From positions 4,212 through 68,211 of the IMG/VR virus record IMGVR_UViG_3300045240_000051: a stretch of DNA of 64,000 bases; one strand, 5' to 3'. The notes under the pieces are model-generated. The model saw nothing but the letters and a program-made list of their open reading frames with translations. It had not been told where the DNA came from and did no database searches. This DNA comes from a virus. The translations under genes were made by a program, and so were the position numbers. Positions 20,031-31,276 of the stretch are shown here, piece by piece (the stretch's first letter is position 1; every line of letters starts with the position of its first letter).

Positions 20031-23000
20031 CTAAGCTGACTTTATGGCTTTCTTCCAGTTCGGCTTCCCTGTTTTAAGCCAATTATCTATCGCAACAACC
20101 GATTGAGCAGGAGTTATATCTTCCCAATTAACCCTAAGGTCTCGAATGGGGGGCGGAAAAAACAACTCTTGAAACGACTTCGATGCTGTACCAATATGGT
20201 TGCATGTGCCAACGTAGTATTTAGCGTCTATTTCTGATTTTCCCATGATAAGGGCCATGGTGCCGCCGATGCAACCTACACTGCCACACTCATCCAACTT
20301 ACATTGGACCGCCATATTAAATTGGTGTTTATGGGGTTTAACATCCCGTTTTTTGGTGTGTGTTAGTGCTTTCATGACAAGCATCGCCCTTGTGCCAAGT
20401 AATGCTCCATACTCAGCAAACGTAATTTTACGGCGTTCGTGAAGGGGTAAACTCATTTCAGTTACTCCTAGTTGGGGGTTTGTAGTTACGGTGTGGTAGT
20501 TCCAGAACGCGACTTCGCTATGGCAACAAGACGCTTGGTGCAAGTACGCACAATGTCGTCCACCAAGCTATCGGTGATATGTATGCCACCCTTGCCAGCC
20601 TTCGCGCGTTGGGCTTTCTTGCGGACACCTTCCCACCATTCTTCCTCGGTTTGGGCATCTGCTTCGGGCTTGAACATGAGCGGCTTGTACTCGTCAGGCA
20701 ACAGCAACTGGTCACGCTTGACTTGGACGCGAGCATAACGCAGCAGAGCGTTGGCAGCATCGTCCAGCTTCTTGGCATTGGCAGGGTCTTTACGCAGGGA
20801 CTGGCGCAGCGTGATAAAGCTATTCACCGTTGCCAGAGGCTCGCCAACCCCACCTTTCGGCCACATGCCGAGTTTAATCATGGCACGGGTGCAGGATATG
20901 GTCTTGCGCTGATTAGGCGCCTTGGCATCGAATATGGTTGCGCCAGTCTGACCCTTGACATAAGCCTCGGTCAGCTTGGTGGAGTCGTCAACGCCAGCAC
21001 CATGCTTGTCAGCGTCCTGGTCGATCACGCCAAGAAACGCAGCCTCATGGATTTTCAGAAGGAACTTTATCTGCGTATCCTTGCCTTGGCCGGCTTGCTT
21101 GCCAAGATCATCGGCGACTTGCAGTAAAGACGCCAGCGTTGGCGCGTTTGTCTGTTGGGCTTGGGTTGGGGGGTTCATTTCACGCTCCTGGGTTAGAGAT
21201 TTTGCAAAGTGCGAGCGGCATCGGCCGAAACCATTACCGCGCCGGTAACAACGCCGCGTTTTGCAGCGCCACAGGCTAATAGGAAGCGTGTGCGATCAAA
21301 GTTAGGGTTCGCTTCCTTAAACAAGTTACACATATGAGAAGCAATGTGCAAACGCATACCTTCCGCATCAGCACTGGTAGCGTGCTGTGCTGCGGCCTTG
21401 AAAACCCTGGCCACACGTTCAAAATGTTTGGTCGCAATGGTTTTGCTTGGCGACATGTCAGCACCACACCAGCAAATACAGTAAGAAGCCAGCAGCAAAC
21501 GCCACCATAATGTAGTCATACCATCTTAACTTGACGATAGGGCTGTTTAAGTGCATGGCGTTTGCTCCGTAGGGTTGACTACTTGAAACCTTCGACACCT
21601 GTCATTTTCATGACGATATCACAACGAAACAAGCGGAACTTGCTGCATTGTATACCGAGTTCATGCGGCAAACAAGCAATGTCGCCAGCCTTGAACGCCA
21701 CAAGCCACAATACTAGACTATCTTGATCTTTCGCCGTGTAACGGTTGTTCATGCACCAATCAAGCGTGCCAACATTGACACCAGAACCGCAGTCTCGAAT
21801 GGGGGACACGCTGCACATTGGCACCCTAAGCTCCGCGCCGGCCCTATGCACCAGCTTTGGTTTGTGGTTTGTTTTGATAGCTGACCCACCTTCCGATGTA
21901 GAGAATTTATACGCCAAAAATACCGTATTTTGCGGGTAGGCGTTGCGGTCCTTGCTCAATCGCTTAAGCACAGTATAAGTTACCGTCACGGTAAGCCTCG
22001 CCCGGTCTTTCAATTCTTTGGCCTGCATTCGCCAGTAACTACGCATGGGAGTAGCTCCTTGTTTGGGTTCGATTACGCTGCTTCCAGTATGCGTATCAAG
22101 CGTGAACAACGCTCGGCAGCATTGAACCAACGCTCTGCCGACGCAATTCGACGCTTGATCCAGCATATCTGATATCGCCGCATCGCATAACGCTGCAACG
22201 CGTGTACCCTGTCTTTGTCGTTATAGTACGGCCGGTATGGCCGGGTTACGTGGATGGTAGTACGTATTCCACGGTGGGGTTGAGTGTAGGCGTTCATGGT
22301 TTGCTCCTAGACGCGCTGAATGTTGCGATACCCAATGGCAAGATACTCCCTGCCATCTGGCAGCAGCCTTACCTCTGTGGTAGCCTCTGCGTTGTAATGC
22401 CCGTTCCCACCATCAACCAGCGGCCTGCATAAGCCTTGGTTGATGTGTGTCATGCAACGGGCGAATGTGAACGGATCGGACTTGTCCGCCGCAGCATACG
22501 CCACGGCCCCACGGACTATACGATCACGGTTGGCTTGTACCGCACTCATTTTGTCGCTCCTTCGTTACCGTCCTAAATGGACAAACAGGCGTGGTTTGCC
22601 AGACCACGCCGTTAAATACTACAGGTTCGCCTCAATGTAATCGGCTATTTGAGCAAATGACTGCGCTCCAAAACGCACATCATTGTATAAACCGCCGTCA
22701 TTACGCGCAGCAAGTTCATCCATTTCGGGTTGTGTTAGACCGGCATTAAACTGGTACGGCACGGTGGACGACCGCAAAGCATCCTCCACAAGATCATCCC
22801 TATCCGCTTCGTCTTGCTCTTCTATAACGGCTTCATTCTCGAAGTACGCTTGCGGGGCATGTCCCTGGCACGCCATAAGCACGCCAAGGCAACAAAACCC
22901 ACCGTTGCCCTCTAACACGGATTGGGTTTGATTGTAGACACCACTACGCAACGCTTCGATCCACTTGACCTTGATTTCGGTATTCATCGTCATGTTCGTA

Positions 23001-24512
23001 GCTCCTTCGTTACGTCCTAAATGGACTAATGGGTGGGAGATTTTACCCTCCCGCCTTACAATGTCAACGCTTTGCCAGTCGTTCACCGTTGTAAAACCCC
23101 ATAGCCATAGCGTGGTCAACAATCTGTTTCTGCCACGACCTAGGCCATTTCTGGTTCTCTTTAGGCGGTCCCCAACGCTTAATACGCGAAAACGGTGTCG
23201 GGAACGGATCGCTTTTCTTGTTGGGGAAATACAGGTTAGCTTCACTAACCGTATTGTCTTTTTCCCTGGCGGGATACCAGCCCATCAGACCATTCCTTGG
23301 TTGTACGGCAAGCCAGCGGCTTCACATGCCACCTTGCCACGTTGCGCCACAGCCAGTTCAAAGTCGGTCTCATAAGCAAGTGAGACCCTTAACGGGACAG
23401 GCCGTGGCTTGTGCCCCGCCAAGTATGCGTGATGTGCCATGCGATGACGGCGCGGCCATCGCTTATCTTGTGCCGTGTTGCGTATTTCTTTACGCATTTT
23501 GGTGGTCCTCTGGATCATGCACTTTGCCATCCCTGGCCGATGCTTCAATTGCCCGTAATGCCTCTCTTTGACGTTCGGCATAGTTGGCGTAGCCCACATA
23601 CTCTACCGCGGCAATGGCCGTCTGTTCAAGGGCTTCAATGGGGTCCATGTCACCCTCCCGTGCATTGCGGGATAGTCTCTACCCCACTACAATGCCAGCA
23701 GCAATCCCAACCACATGCCGCGCACTTTGGGCCATTATGGAAGCCTTGCATGTCCGCAGCAAAAAAGTCCAGATGATCGTGGTTCATTATCGGCAAATGC
23801 CCTTGTGCTTCCATGGCCTTCTGCCATTTGTCGCACAATTCATCCAGGTATTCGTCCGCCATGTCACCCTCCCACCTTGTCGTTATCGTTCGCCGGGACC
23901 ATGTTACGCAAATCAGCGGTGACGGGAAAGTACTGGTGTCCATCCTTACGGATTTTATTGTTGCGAACCAAGGCCGACATGATCTGCTCGAAATGGTCCA
24001 AGTCGAGCATAGCCATACAGCCGGCATACAGATGACCGGCAGGGGCACCTTGCGGGCACTCCTGCACGGTGTCAAGTATCGCCTGGGCGATGAAGCCTAG
24101 TGCAAGTTTGATACGGTTCTCGTTTGGATCAGTCATTGTCTTGTTCCTACCAATATATTGTTATACAAAGCACACGGCCGCAGTGAAAATAGATGTTTAC
24201 CATCCTAGACCGCCTCGGATGCAAAATCCAAGGCCATCCCCATCCACCACCATGCGCTATGACAGCCCGTATTTTCACCTTGGGTCACCCGTTGATTTTG
24301 AGTAGCTGGCGCAACTCACTGCCAAGCCACTTGGTGAAGTGCGGAGTTGTGTCGGGCATCTGACTGTGAACCCATTGCAGATAGTTCTGCACAGATTGAG
24401 TGATCCACCCGTACTTGGTGCTCATAGGGAGTGGCATGGGTTCTGGCGACTTGATCGCCATTGCCGAACAATCACCGTCGAAAACTCCGAATTGCCAAAC
24501 ATCTAAGCGCAT
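20031..24512 (-). other. Early region of many small hypothetical ORFs (e.g. 20031-20456, 21579-22046, 22073-22297, 22307-22549, 22619-22993, 23285-23599, 23864-24136, 24285-24512)
   Basis: Densely packed minus-strand ORFs, most preceded by a GGAG RBS. Confidence 0.65.
20486..21178 (-). CDS. Hypothetical early protein (230 aa)
   Basis: Strong AGGAG RBS and biased codon usage. Confidence 0.7.
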   Translation of the reverse strand: MNPPTQAQQTNAPTLASLLQVADDLGKQAGQGKDTQIKFLLKIHEAAFLGVIDQDADKHGAGVDDSTKLTEAYVKGQTGATIFDAKAPNQRKTISCTRAMIKLGMWPKGGVGEPLATVNSFITLRQSLRKDPANAKKLDDAANALLRYARVQVKRDQLLLPDEYKPLMFKPEADAQTEEEWWEGVRKKAQRAKAGKGGIHITDSLVDDIVRTCTKRLVAIAKSRSGTTTP

Positions 24513-24542
24513 TTTCGTTACTCCTGTTAGCGTGTGCGGTAT

Positions 24543-25199
24543 CTAGAACATCAGTTCTTTCCCATTCCAAGCGCAGTCGGGAATGTGGGATTTTATGAAG
24601 GAAACTATCTCGGCATCGAGCGGGGCGTGCTTGGCGTTGTAGTCGGCATCGAGCGGGGCGAGCTTGGCCCTGTAGTCATCATAGAGCGGGGCGTGCTTGG
24701 CTTTGAAGTCGGCATCGAGCACGGTGCACTTGGCGTTGTAGTCGGCATCGAGCACGGTGAGCTTGGCGTTATAATCGGCACGTAGCGGGGCGTACTTGGC
24801 CATGTAGTCGGCATCGAGCACGGCGAGCTTGGCGTTATAATCGGCACGTAGCACGGCGAGCTTGGCGTTATAATCGGCACGTAGCACGGCGAGCTTGGCC
24901 CTGTAGTCGGCATCGAGCGGGGCGAGCTTGGCCCTGTAGTCATCATAGAGCGGGGCGCGCTTGGCCCTGTAGTCGGCATCGAGCACGGTGCACTTGGCAG
25001 CGGCCTCGCAATCTCCCAGATATATCATGTTATGAAGCCGTATGGCTATTTCATGCTTAGGCTTATGTTTTTTAATATGTACGACACGTTCCGTAACGTC
25101 ATGCGACGTTTCGACAAGCGTATTGTGATGTAGTAAGCCGAATATGCCTTTTGTCGGCCCAGTGTAGTTATCTCGTCCGGGAAACATGGTATTGAGCAT
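24543..25199 (-). CDS. Protein with about 12 tandem 11-aa repeats (AKxAxLDADYx)
   Basis: Repeats are visible in both protein and DNA; AGGAG RBS. Confidence 0.85.
   Translation of the reverse strand: MLNTMFPGRDNYTGPTKGIFGLLHHNTLVETSHDVTERVVHIKKHKPKHEIAIRLHNMIYLGDCEAAAKCTVLDADYRAKRAPLYDDYRAKLAPLDADYRAKLAVLRADYNAKLAVLRADYNAKLAVLDADYMAKYAPLRADYNAKLTVLDADYNAKCTVLDADFKAKHAPLYDDYRAKLAPLDADYNAKHAPLDAEIVSFIKSHIPDCAWNGKELMF
24610..24999. repeat. 33-bp coding tandem repeat
   Basis: Recurrent gtagtcggcatcgagc..gcttggc units at a 33-nt period. Confidence 0.9.
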
Positions 25200-25254
25200 C
25201 GTAATTGCTCCTGTTGAAATGGTGGCAGAGTGTCACCCTGCCACCTTGTGTGAG

Positions 25255-25590
25255 TTACTTGCAGAAATCCACAAAGCCGCAAGCTACACCCTTCCATTTC
25301 ACGGTTTGCTTGTTAACGTCAACGGTAATGACCTGATCCTCGCCATCGCCGATGATTGAGGATATGCCATAACCCGTTTCACCTCGCCATTGGTCTTGTG
25401 GCACAAGATGGCAGAACAGGATACGCGCAAGATAATATCCATCATCCCACCTTTTGCGCGCTTCCTGGGTGGAGAGTGCTTTCTTCACAATAGTTGGCAG
25501 ATCGCTGCCTGACCAATGTGTGTAAAGAAACACCTCGGATTTACGTGGTGCTTCGCCTGTGATTATTCTGATATTGCCTCGGTCACCCAT
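25255..25590 (-). CDS. Hypothetical protein, first gene of the leftward arm
   Basis: MGDRGNI..LYTHWSG..RWDD.YLAR; GGAG RBS. Confidence 0.75.
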   Translation of the reverse strand: MGDRGNIRIITGEAPRKSEVFLYTHWSGSDLPTIVKKALSTQEARKRWDDGYYLARILFCHLVPQDQWRGETGYGISSIIGDGEDQVITVDVNKQTVKWKGVACGFVDFCK

Positions 25591-25909
25591 GATCTCGCTC
25601 CGAATGTTACCGCGCCGGTAAGTTTTCTAGCGGCGGTCGCGCGGCGCTCAAACCCGCCGCGTTTTGCAAAACGCCTAATAGCTTGATATGACTAAGCAAT
25701 CCAAGCTCACGTGCTGGCGCATGTGAAGGCTCTTGGTTATTCATCACGTTGCCGTGATGCGAATACACTTTCTTGTGATCTAATTAATTCTCTTTCACAT
25801 AAAGCGCAATACAAACAATCGGATACAGGCAAGCCGCTCTCAAATTGCGCGCGTAAATTCCAAATACGTTTGGATAATTCGGCGTGTTGCATACCACGTT
25901 AATAGTTGC

Positions 25910-26301
25910 ACCTTTTCACCTTGTCAAGGTAGGCACAAAAGTATATTGGATTGTGGCAATGGAACTCGCTTAATGGTAAATCGCGAGCGGCCAGAGGGCA
26001 TTGACCCTAGGGCAAGAACGGAGTGGTGCGACAAAGTGAAGCATGGCTTCCCTGTGGTTTGTAGAAAAATGGCATTACAACTCCTAGCATGAGTTTAGGT
26101 GTTGTTTTGTTTATATTTTTAGCAATCGTAAGTATATTTATTAATTTTCACCTTGCAACTTCTATGATTAGATTTACAACCCCTGTTTAGCCCTGCTTCA
26201 CTTTGCCGCATCACCCCGTTTTCATATAGGGCCTCTCACCCAAAAACGATTTGCGATTTACCACTAACCTCACAATGCCGTGATTTGAAAGGTGAAAAGG
26301 T
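25910..26301. repeat. Large imperfect inverted repeat around an AT-rich core (candidate origin or divergent control region)
   Basis: Arm pairs 25910-25922/26289-26301, 25974-25984/26253-26263 and 26015-26048/26189-26222. Confidence 0.8.
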
Positions 26302-26550
26302 AACAATTACAACAACTTACTAATTAACATGACCAAATTTCGAAATTGCAACATTAAAACCTAAATAACGGACACAATTGTAATTAATTGCGGCGGCACC
26401 AAGGCGCACTGAAACGGTAGCATACTCAGTACCTTATAAATAACAGTCCTCTCTATCAGACCTTTCCCTGGCCACGCATCGCGCGTGTGGCTGCAAAACG
26501 CGGCGAGTGCGACGGCCGGCGCCGCTGGCCGCTTACTAGGAGCAACGAAA

Positions 26551-26748
26551 ATGACCATTAAGACCGAAATGAAGGGTGACAACCTTGTTATCACGGTTGA
26601 TTGCTCGCAAGCCGCCCGCGACGCGGCCACAGTGTCGAGCACTGGCAAGACCCGCATGCTTGGCACCACGTCAGGGTTCACGGCTCTTGCGACGCCGCAT
26701 GGCATCGTCAAAGCGTCGCTGAACGTGACGGTTCCTCTGGCCGGCTGA
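26551..26748 (+). CDS. Small conserved hypothetical protein
   Basis: AGGAG RBS; LVITVD..SSTGKT. Confidence 0.75.
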   Translation: MTIKTEMKGDNLVITVDCSQAARDAATVSSTGKTRMLGTTSGFTALATPHGIVKASLNVTVPLAG

Positions 26749-26759
26749 TACCCTGACAC

Positions 26760-26801
26760 CCTGTCTGGCTTGAGGGCGACCCCGCCCCCAGGCTGGACAG
26801 G
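26760..26801 (+). promoter_or_regulatory. Long RNA hairpin (processing or termination element)
   Basis: 19-bp stem with three G-U pairs and one mismatch on the + strand; no U-tract. Confidence 0.5.
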
Positions 26802-26861
26802 CCGGTGCCTTCCGCGCGAAACAAACCCAAGCGAAACTTACGGTTGAGTGGTTTTTGGTTC

Positions 26862-26876
26862 TTAACCAGTTGTTAA
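26862..26876. promoter_or_regulatory. CtrA-box consensus TTAA-N7-TTAA
   Basis: ttaa ccagttg ttaa, intergenic, upstream of the ORF at 26914. Confidence 0.55.
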
Positions 26877-26913
26877 GGTGACAATATTAAAAGGTAAATA
26901 AAGGAGACCCCCA

Positions 26914-29309
26914 ATGGCAAAAACCAACAGCCAAAAGTGGTATGATGATTTGGAGGCACTTATTGACAAGTATCCACATATGAAGGTGTCACAGGTAATG
27001 GTGACAACGCAACAGTGGATGGATGCAGTTTGGCGCCGGTTGGAACCCGCGGGAAAAACAAAGGTTACTATATTGAAGGACGTAAAGGGGCGTTATCGTC
27101 TTGGGTGAGCACTATTGAACACTCAGTTAATTAACTGCGGTGTGCTACCTTGCCAGCCTATAAGGGGTGAACCATGAGTGCAATAATCCTCGGGCTGTTG
27201 TGGGCGTTGTTCTGGTGCATCGTGCTTGCGGGTGTGGTGTATCTGGTGCTGTACGGTATTAATAAGTTCATCTACGAACTGCCGGAAAAACTTGTGCAGG
27301 GTGTATGGTTTTTGTTCTTGCTGTTGTGCATTATTGCGCTGGTGACAGTATTCGCGGGTGGCGGCGGGGGGTCTGCCACCTTTGTACCTCACTTTCGGTA
27401 ACCAGCCAACGCCAGGGGTTAACCATTTGATGACACCCAACCCCCCTAGTATTTGCAGGGGAGTAAGTGGATGCGAGTAATTGCCTTCGACGCGAAGAAC
27501 GCCGGGAACTTAAAGACGGTGAACATTGTTACGTCTTTGCCCGCGGGCGGTCAGACCAAGACGGGCACGCAGAACACTTCTGCATTTGCCGCCGCCAATC
27601 CGAACGCACAGCCAACGTATATGGCATCCGCCTCCCCCGTAGCGGGCTTGCCAACGGTGTTCATTTCGGGGTATAGTGCGCCGAACTAACCAACCAAAGG
27701 AACCGCCCAATGAGTATTTCACAAGAAACAGACAAGGTTAAAGCCTCTCTTACATCTGAGGCCCAGTCGCTAGTGTCTCGCCTTGAGGCATTGTTTGAAC
27801 GGCTTCGTAATGCAGTAAATCGCGTGCATGGTGCGGCGCCACAACCAGCGGCTCCACAGTCCGCGGGCACTGCCGTGCCGACTGCTATTCCGGCTGTCGC
27901 TGCTAGTGTTGACGCAGCGCACTCTGCGATATCCAGTTTGGATAATCAAGTTGCAAGGCTTGAAAACAGCCTATAAGGGTTTACTCTATGGACGTTTTAA
28001 TGTGGCTGTTCGTAGGCGGCTGTGCTGTGCTGCTTATTTATGTCATCCCCAGGATCAAGTACCCACGATAGGAGACACCCCATGGGTGGCGTTACAAGAG
28101 CCTTCATATATGGAATAGCCGTAGGATTTTTCCTGCTTGGCGTTATGACTGGCGTGTTTATAAGCGTGCTGGTTACATCCACCCATGCCAGAGCCGACGG
28201 CACCACCATGGCACCGCTTAGTGACATTCATCCACCCGTTGCCCATGAGCCTGGGCCGCAGTGGAAACTTACCGTGACGGTAACGGATACGGAAGGTAAA
28301 CCAGTGAACAAGTTGCGGTATACCGGCCGCACATGGGATACCCGCGACTACTGCCAGAAGTTCGTTGCCACAGATGACTTTTCCAAATCGTTACCGCCGC
28401 TGGTCAATTTTATGATCCAGCAAGGGTACGAGGCGTACACGGTGGACTTCGCTTGCGAACCGATGGTGGATAGAGGGCGATGACCGGTGGTGGATAATGG
28501 TCATAGGCCGCATGGGGTTCACGTCGCAGCTTGTACGGATAAACTTTCCGCGCAAGTGCGATATACTGGCAATACAGGCAGCAGAGCGGCGTAGCAGCCA
28601 GCTTGCCGGCGATAGTCTTGTTCGTGGCACCAACGGCATAGATGCGTTTGCGTTTTCAACTAGCTCCCTGCCGGGCTACACGTCCGGATTTAGTTTTTGC
28701 CAAGCCATACCCAACGCCACACCCGGAATGGTGAATAGTGCCATAACTGCGCAAGGTGGCATGGGTGTGTATAAGGGACCGGCTCCTGTTTTCAATTTTG
28801 GAGTTGGTGGCGGGTTCACTGGTAGTGTCATAAATACCGACTTGGTGTTCACACTTGGCGGTGCGGCAAAGGATGCGTGGAATTGGAACGGGGCGACGCC
28901 GAAGTATAACTACGACTTGCGGGCATATATGTTTATAAACATGACACTGTTCCGCAAGTTGTTCGGCGGAAACACTTTGAATTTTGCTGTTAAGTTCGGG
29001 GGAAGTACTTACTCTAATTATGGGTTGTGGGTGGAAGTACTTCCGAACCAAAGGGGGATTGGGTTCGGAAATAGCCTTGTGGGGTTTGGCGGGGTGGGGT
29101 TGCAGACCGCCAGAAGCATGGGGTGGAACTGGCAGGCCATGAGTTCGTACGTCAAGGGGCTTGGAACCCCCTCCGGGTCTGGATCGTTAGCAGATATGAC
29201 CCCCACCATGAACGTGTTTGTGCCGGTGTCCGGGCGGCCGTCCATGTCCGGATCGGGGTTCGCGTCGAACAACGTGTTCTCCACCACAGGGGCGTTTGGC
29301 AACGATTAA
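26914..29309 (+). other. Small hypothetical and membrane ORFs (26914-27108, 27174-27401, 27471-27689, 27710-27976, 28082-28483) and a G-rich 270-aa protein (28497-29309)
   Basis: Plus-strand ORFs with RBS; several have transmembrane or signal segments. Confidence 0.65.
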
Positions 29310-29474
29310 CGCGTCTAGCGTAGTAAGAGTATGGGCCCTGGCGCTTTTACGTGCGTTGAGTTATCTCCGCACACACGGGGGTGGGGGGCGCTGGGGCCCA
29401 CTTGCCTGCGTTTAACTTATCTGTTACCATACGGTAATAAGGTGTGAACTTAAAATTCACCCTGGAGTTACCCC

Positions 29475-30074
29475 ATGGACCCGTCGGAACAAGAACTCCC
29501 CCCGCTTCAAACCCATATCGCGCAGCGCATGGCCTTGGAAGGAATTCCGGTGCGGGCCATAGCGCGTTCGCTTAAACAAGAGGCTACGTTGGTCTATGAA
29601 ACGCTTGAAGCGGCGCAAGGGCAAGGCATCATCATCGACATGCCGAAAGACGACTGGGCGCCGACGGCGAACCGCGCGGACCATGCCCCCTCCTTCAAGC
29701 CGGGACTTCGTGACGATGATCTGGCGTTTACCTGCCGGCAGGTGTTCAAGCTTACGCCGCTACAGGCTGCGTTTATGGTGGCGCTATTGAAGAATTCCAG
29801 GGTGGATAAGACTAAATTTCATCTGTTGATCGAGAATATGCGCAACCGCAAGCCGGGGACTTCGCCCAGCGACAAGGACCCGACCGAGCCTAAGATGGTT
29901 GACGTGGTGATTTGCCATCTTCGAAAACGGCTTAAGAAGGTGGATCAGGCTATCGAAATAAAGACGAATTGGGGGGATGGTTACTTTATCGAGCCTACGT
30001 GTCGGTCGTACGTGATGAAGACGTATTTTCCCAGTCCGCGGGAGCAAGACGATGCCAGTGCCGATACTGCATGA
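29475..30074 (+). CDS. Transcription regulator: N-terminal HTH plus CtrA-like OmpR winged helix, no receiver domain
   Basis: LTPLQ..EPKMVDVVICHLRKRL..IKTNWGDGY resembles CtrA KIIDVFICKLRKKL..IETVWGRGY; GIPVRAIARSL HTH. Confidence 0.8.
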   Translation: MDPSEQELPPLQTHIAQRMALEGIPVRAIARSLKQEATLVYETLEAAQGQGIIIDMPKDDWAPTANRADHAPSFKPGLRDDDLAFTCRQVFKLTPLQAAFMVALLKNSRVDKTKFHLLIENMRNRKPGTSPSDKDPTEPKMVDVVICHLRKRLKKVDQAIEIKTNWGDGYFIEPTCRSYVMKTYFPSPREQDDASADTA

Positions 30075-31126
30075 AGATGTGATTTTGCAAAACATCCACC
30101 CGTCGATGCCGTTGGCCCCGGACGGCCTTCGCATTTGTCTCAAGTTCATATTGTCGGCGTGCAGCGATAGACAGCTTACCCACGAAGGGTTTCTGGATAT
30201 AGCCGAGCAGGTTACCGATACTATGGAGTTGTTAACCCGCATGGAGACCACGGGGTTGTGCAAGTATGCGATTGAAAAATCAGGCGGGGATACGCCAAGC
30301 ATGGCGGAAGCGATTGCGGGGATGCAGAAGGAACTTATTGCCAAGAGGTTGGGATTAGTGGAGAAATTCTCCTTGGTTATGCAGTGCCCTGTGGATAAAT
30401 TAGAAGTTAATTAGTTGATGACAGGGTTCCCATAGTTGTCGCGGTATATCGGAGCGACCATGGGTGTATTATTCCAAGTGGAGCCTGTTTTGGAAAACCA
30501 GTTTGATCTGTCTCACTGGATAGGACATGTTACATCTATTATTGCAGCCCTTGGTGCCTTTATGGGGCTTCTGCCATCGGCAGTTGCCCTAGTTGCACTT
30601 ATTTGGTATTCAGTTCAGTTATATGAAAGCCGGACAGTTCAGCACTATTTACGTAACCGAAAGATGGTGCGTAAAGCTAAAAAAATAGCAAGGTTGCGGG
30701 CCAAGGAAAAAGTCATCATAGCGGAGTTGGAGGCGCTTGAAGTAATGCGCGAGGCCAAGGCCACGGCCAGGGAAAAAGTTGCAAAAGCTTCGCACGAAGC
30801 CGAGGTTCTTGTTGTTCACGAGACCGCGGATCAAAAAATAAACCTTCCTCCGGTGTAACATGTTTGGTTTTTCGTTAGAGCAAATAAATAGTACGGCGTT
30901 TCTTGTTATCGCCGCGCTTAATTTATGGGTGGCGTATTTGACTTTAAGGACGCATAGAAATGTCGCCTTGATTGAAAAGGCCACCAATAGCATGAAAGAC
31001 GAACTGGTTAAATCCACCGCGCTGGCGTCATATGCCGAAGGTCATGAAGTGGCCCAGGTTGCCGGGGAGAAGAAGGCGGCTATTTTAGCGCAAGGTGTAG
31101 TGCAGGGAAAAGCCGACGGTGCTTGA
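30052..31126 (+). other. Three small ORFs (30052-30414, about 30461-30858, 30860-31126), two with transmembrane helices
   Basis: Adjacent or overlapping ORFs; hydrophobic N-terminal segments followed by coiled coils. Confidence 0.6.
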
Positions 31127-31276
31127 TGCGTATATTAGCTGGGCGCAAAATTTATCTGACGAACAGCGCGTGTTTATATGGGGAGGCTGTTTGGGTCTTG
31201 TGTTTTTGTACGCTATTGTGGCTTGCTGGGGTGAATTAAAAGACCCGCCCGATGATTACCAACCGCCCCTTGCGGG

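Noticed and set aside
24610-24999. CRISPR array or diversity-generating retroelement repeat
   Set aside because: The units are contiguous in-frame coding repeats without unique spacers, and no cas operon or reverse transcriptase is present in the window.
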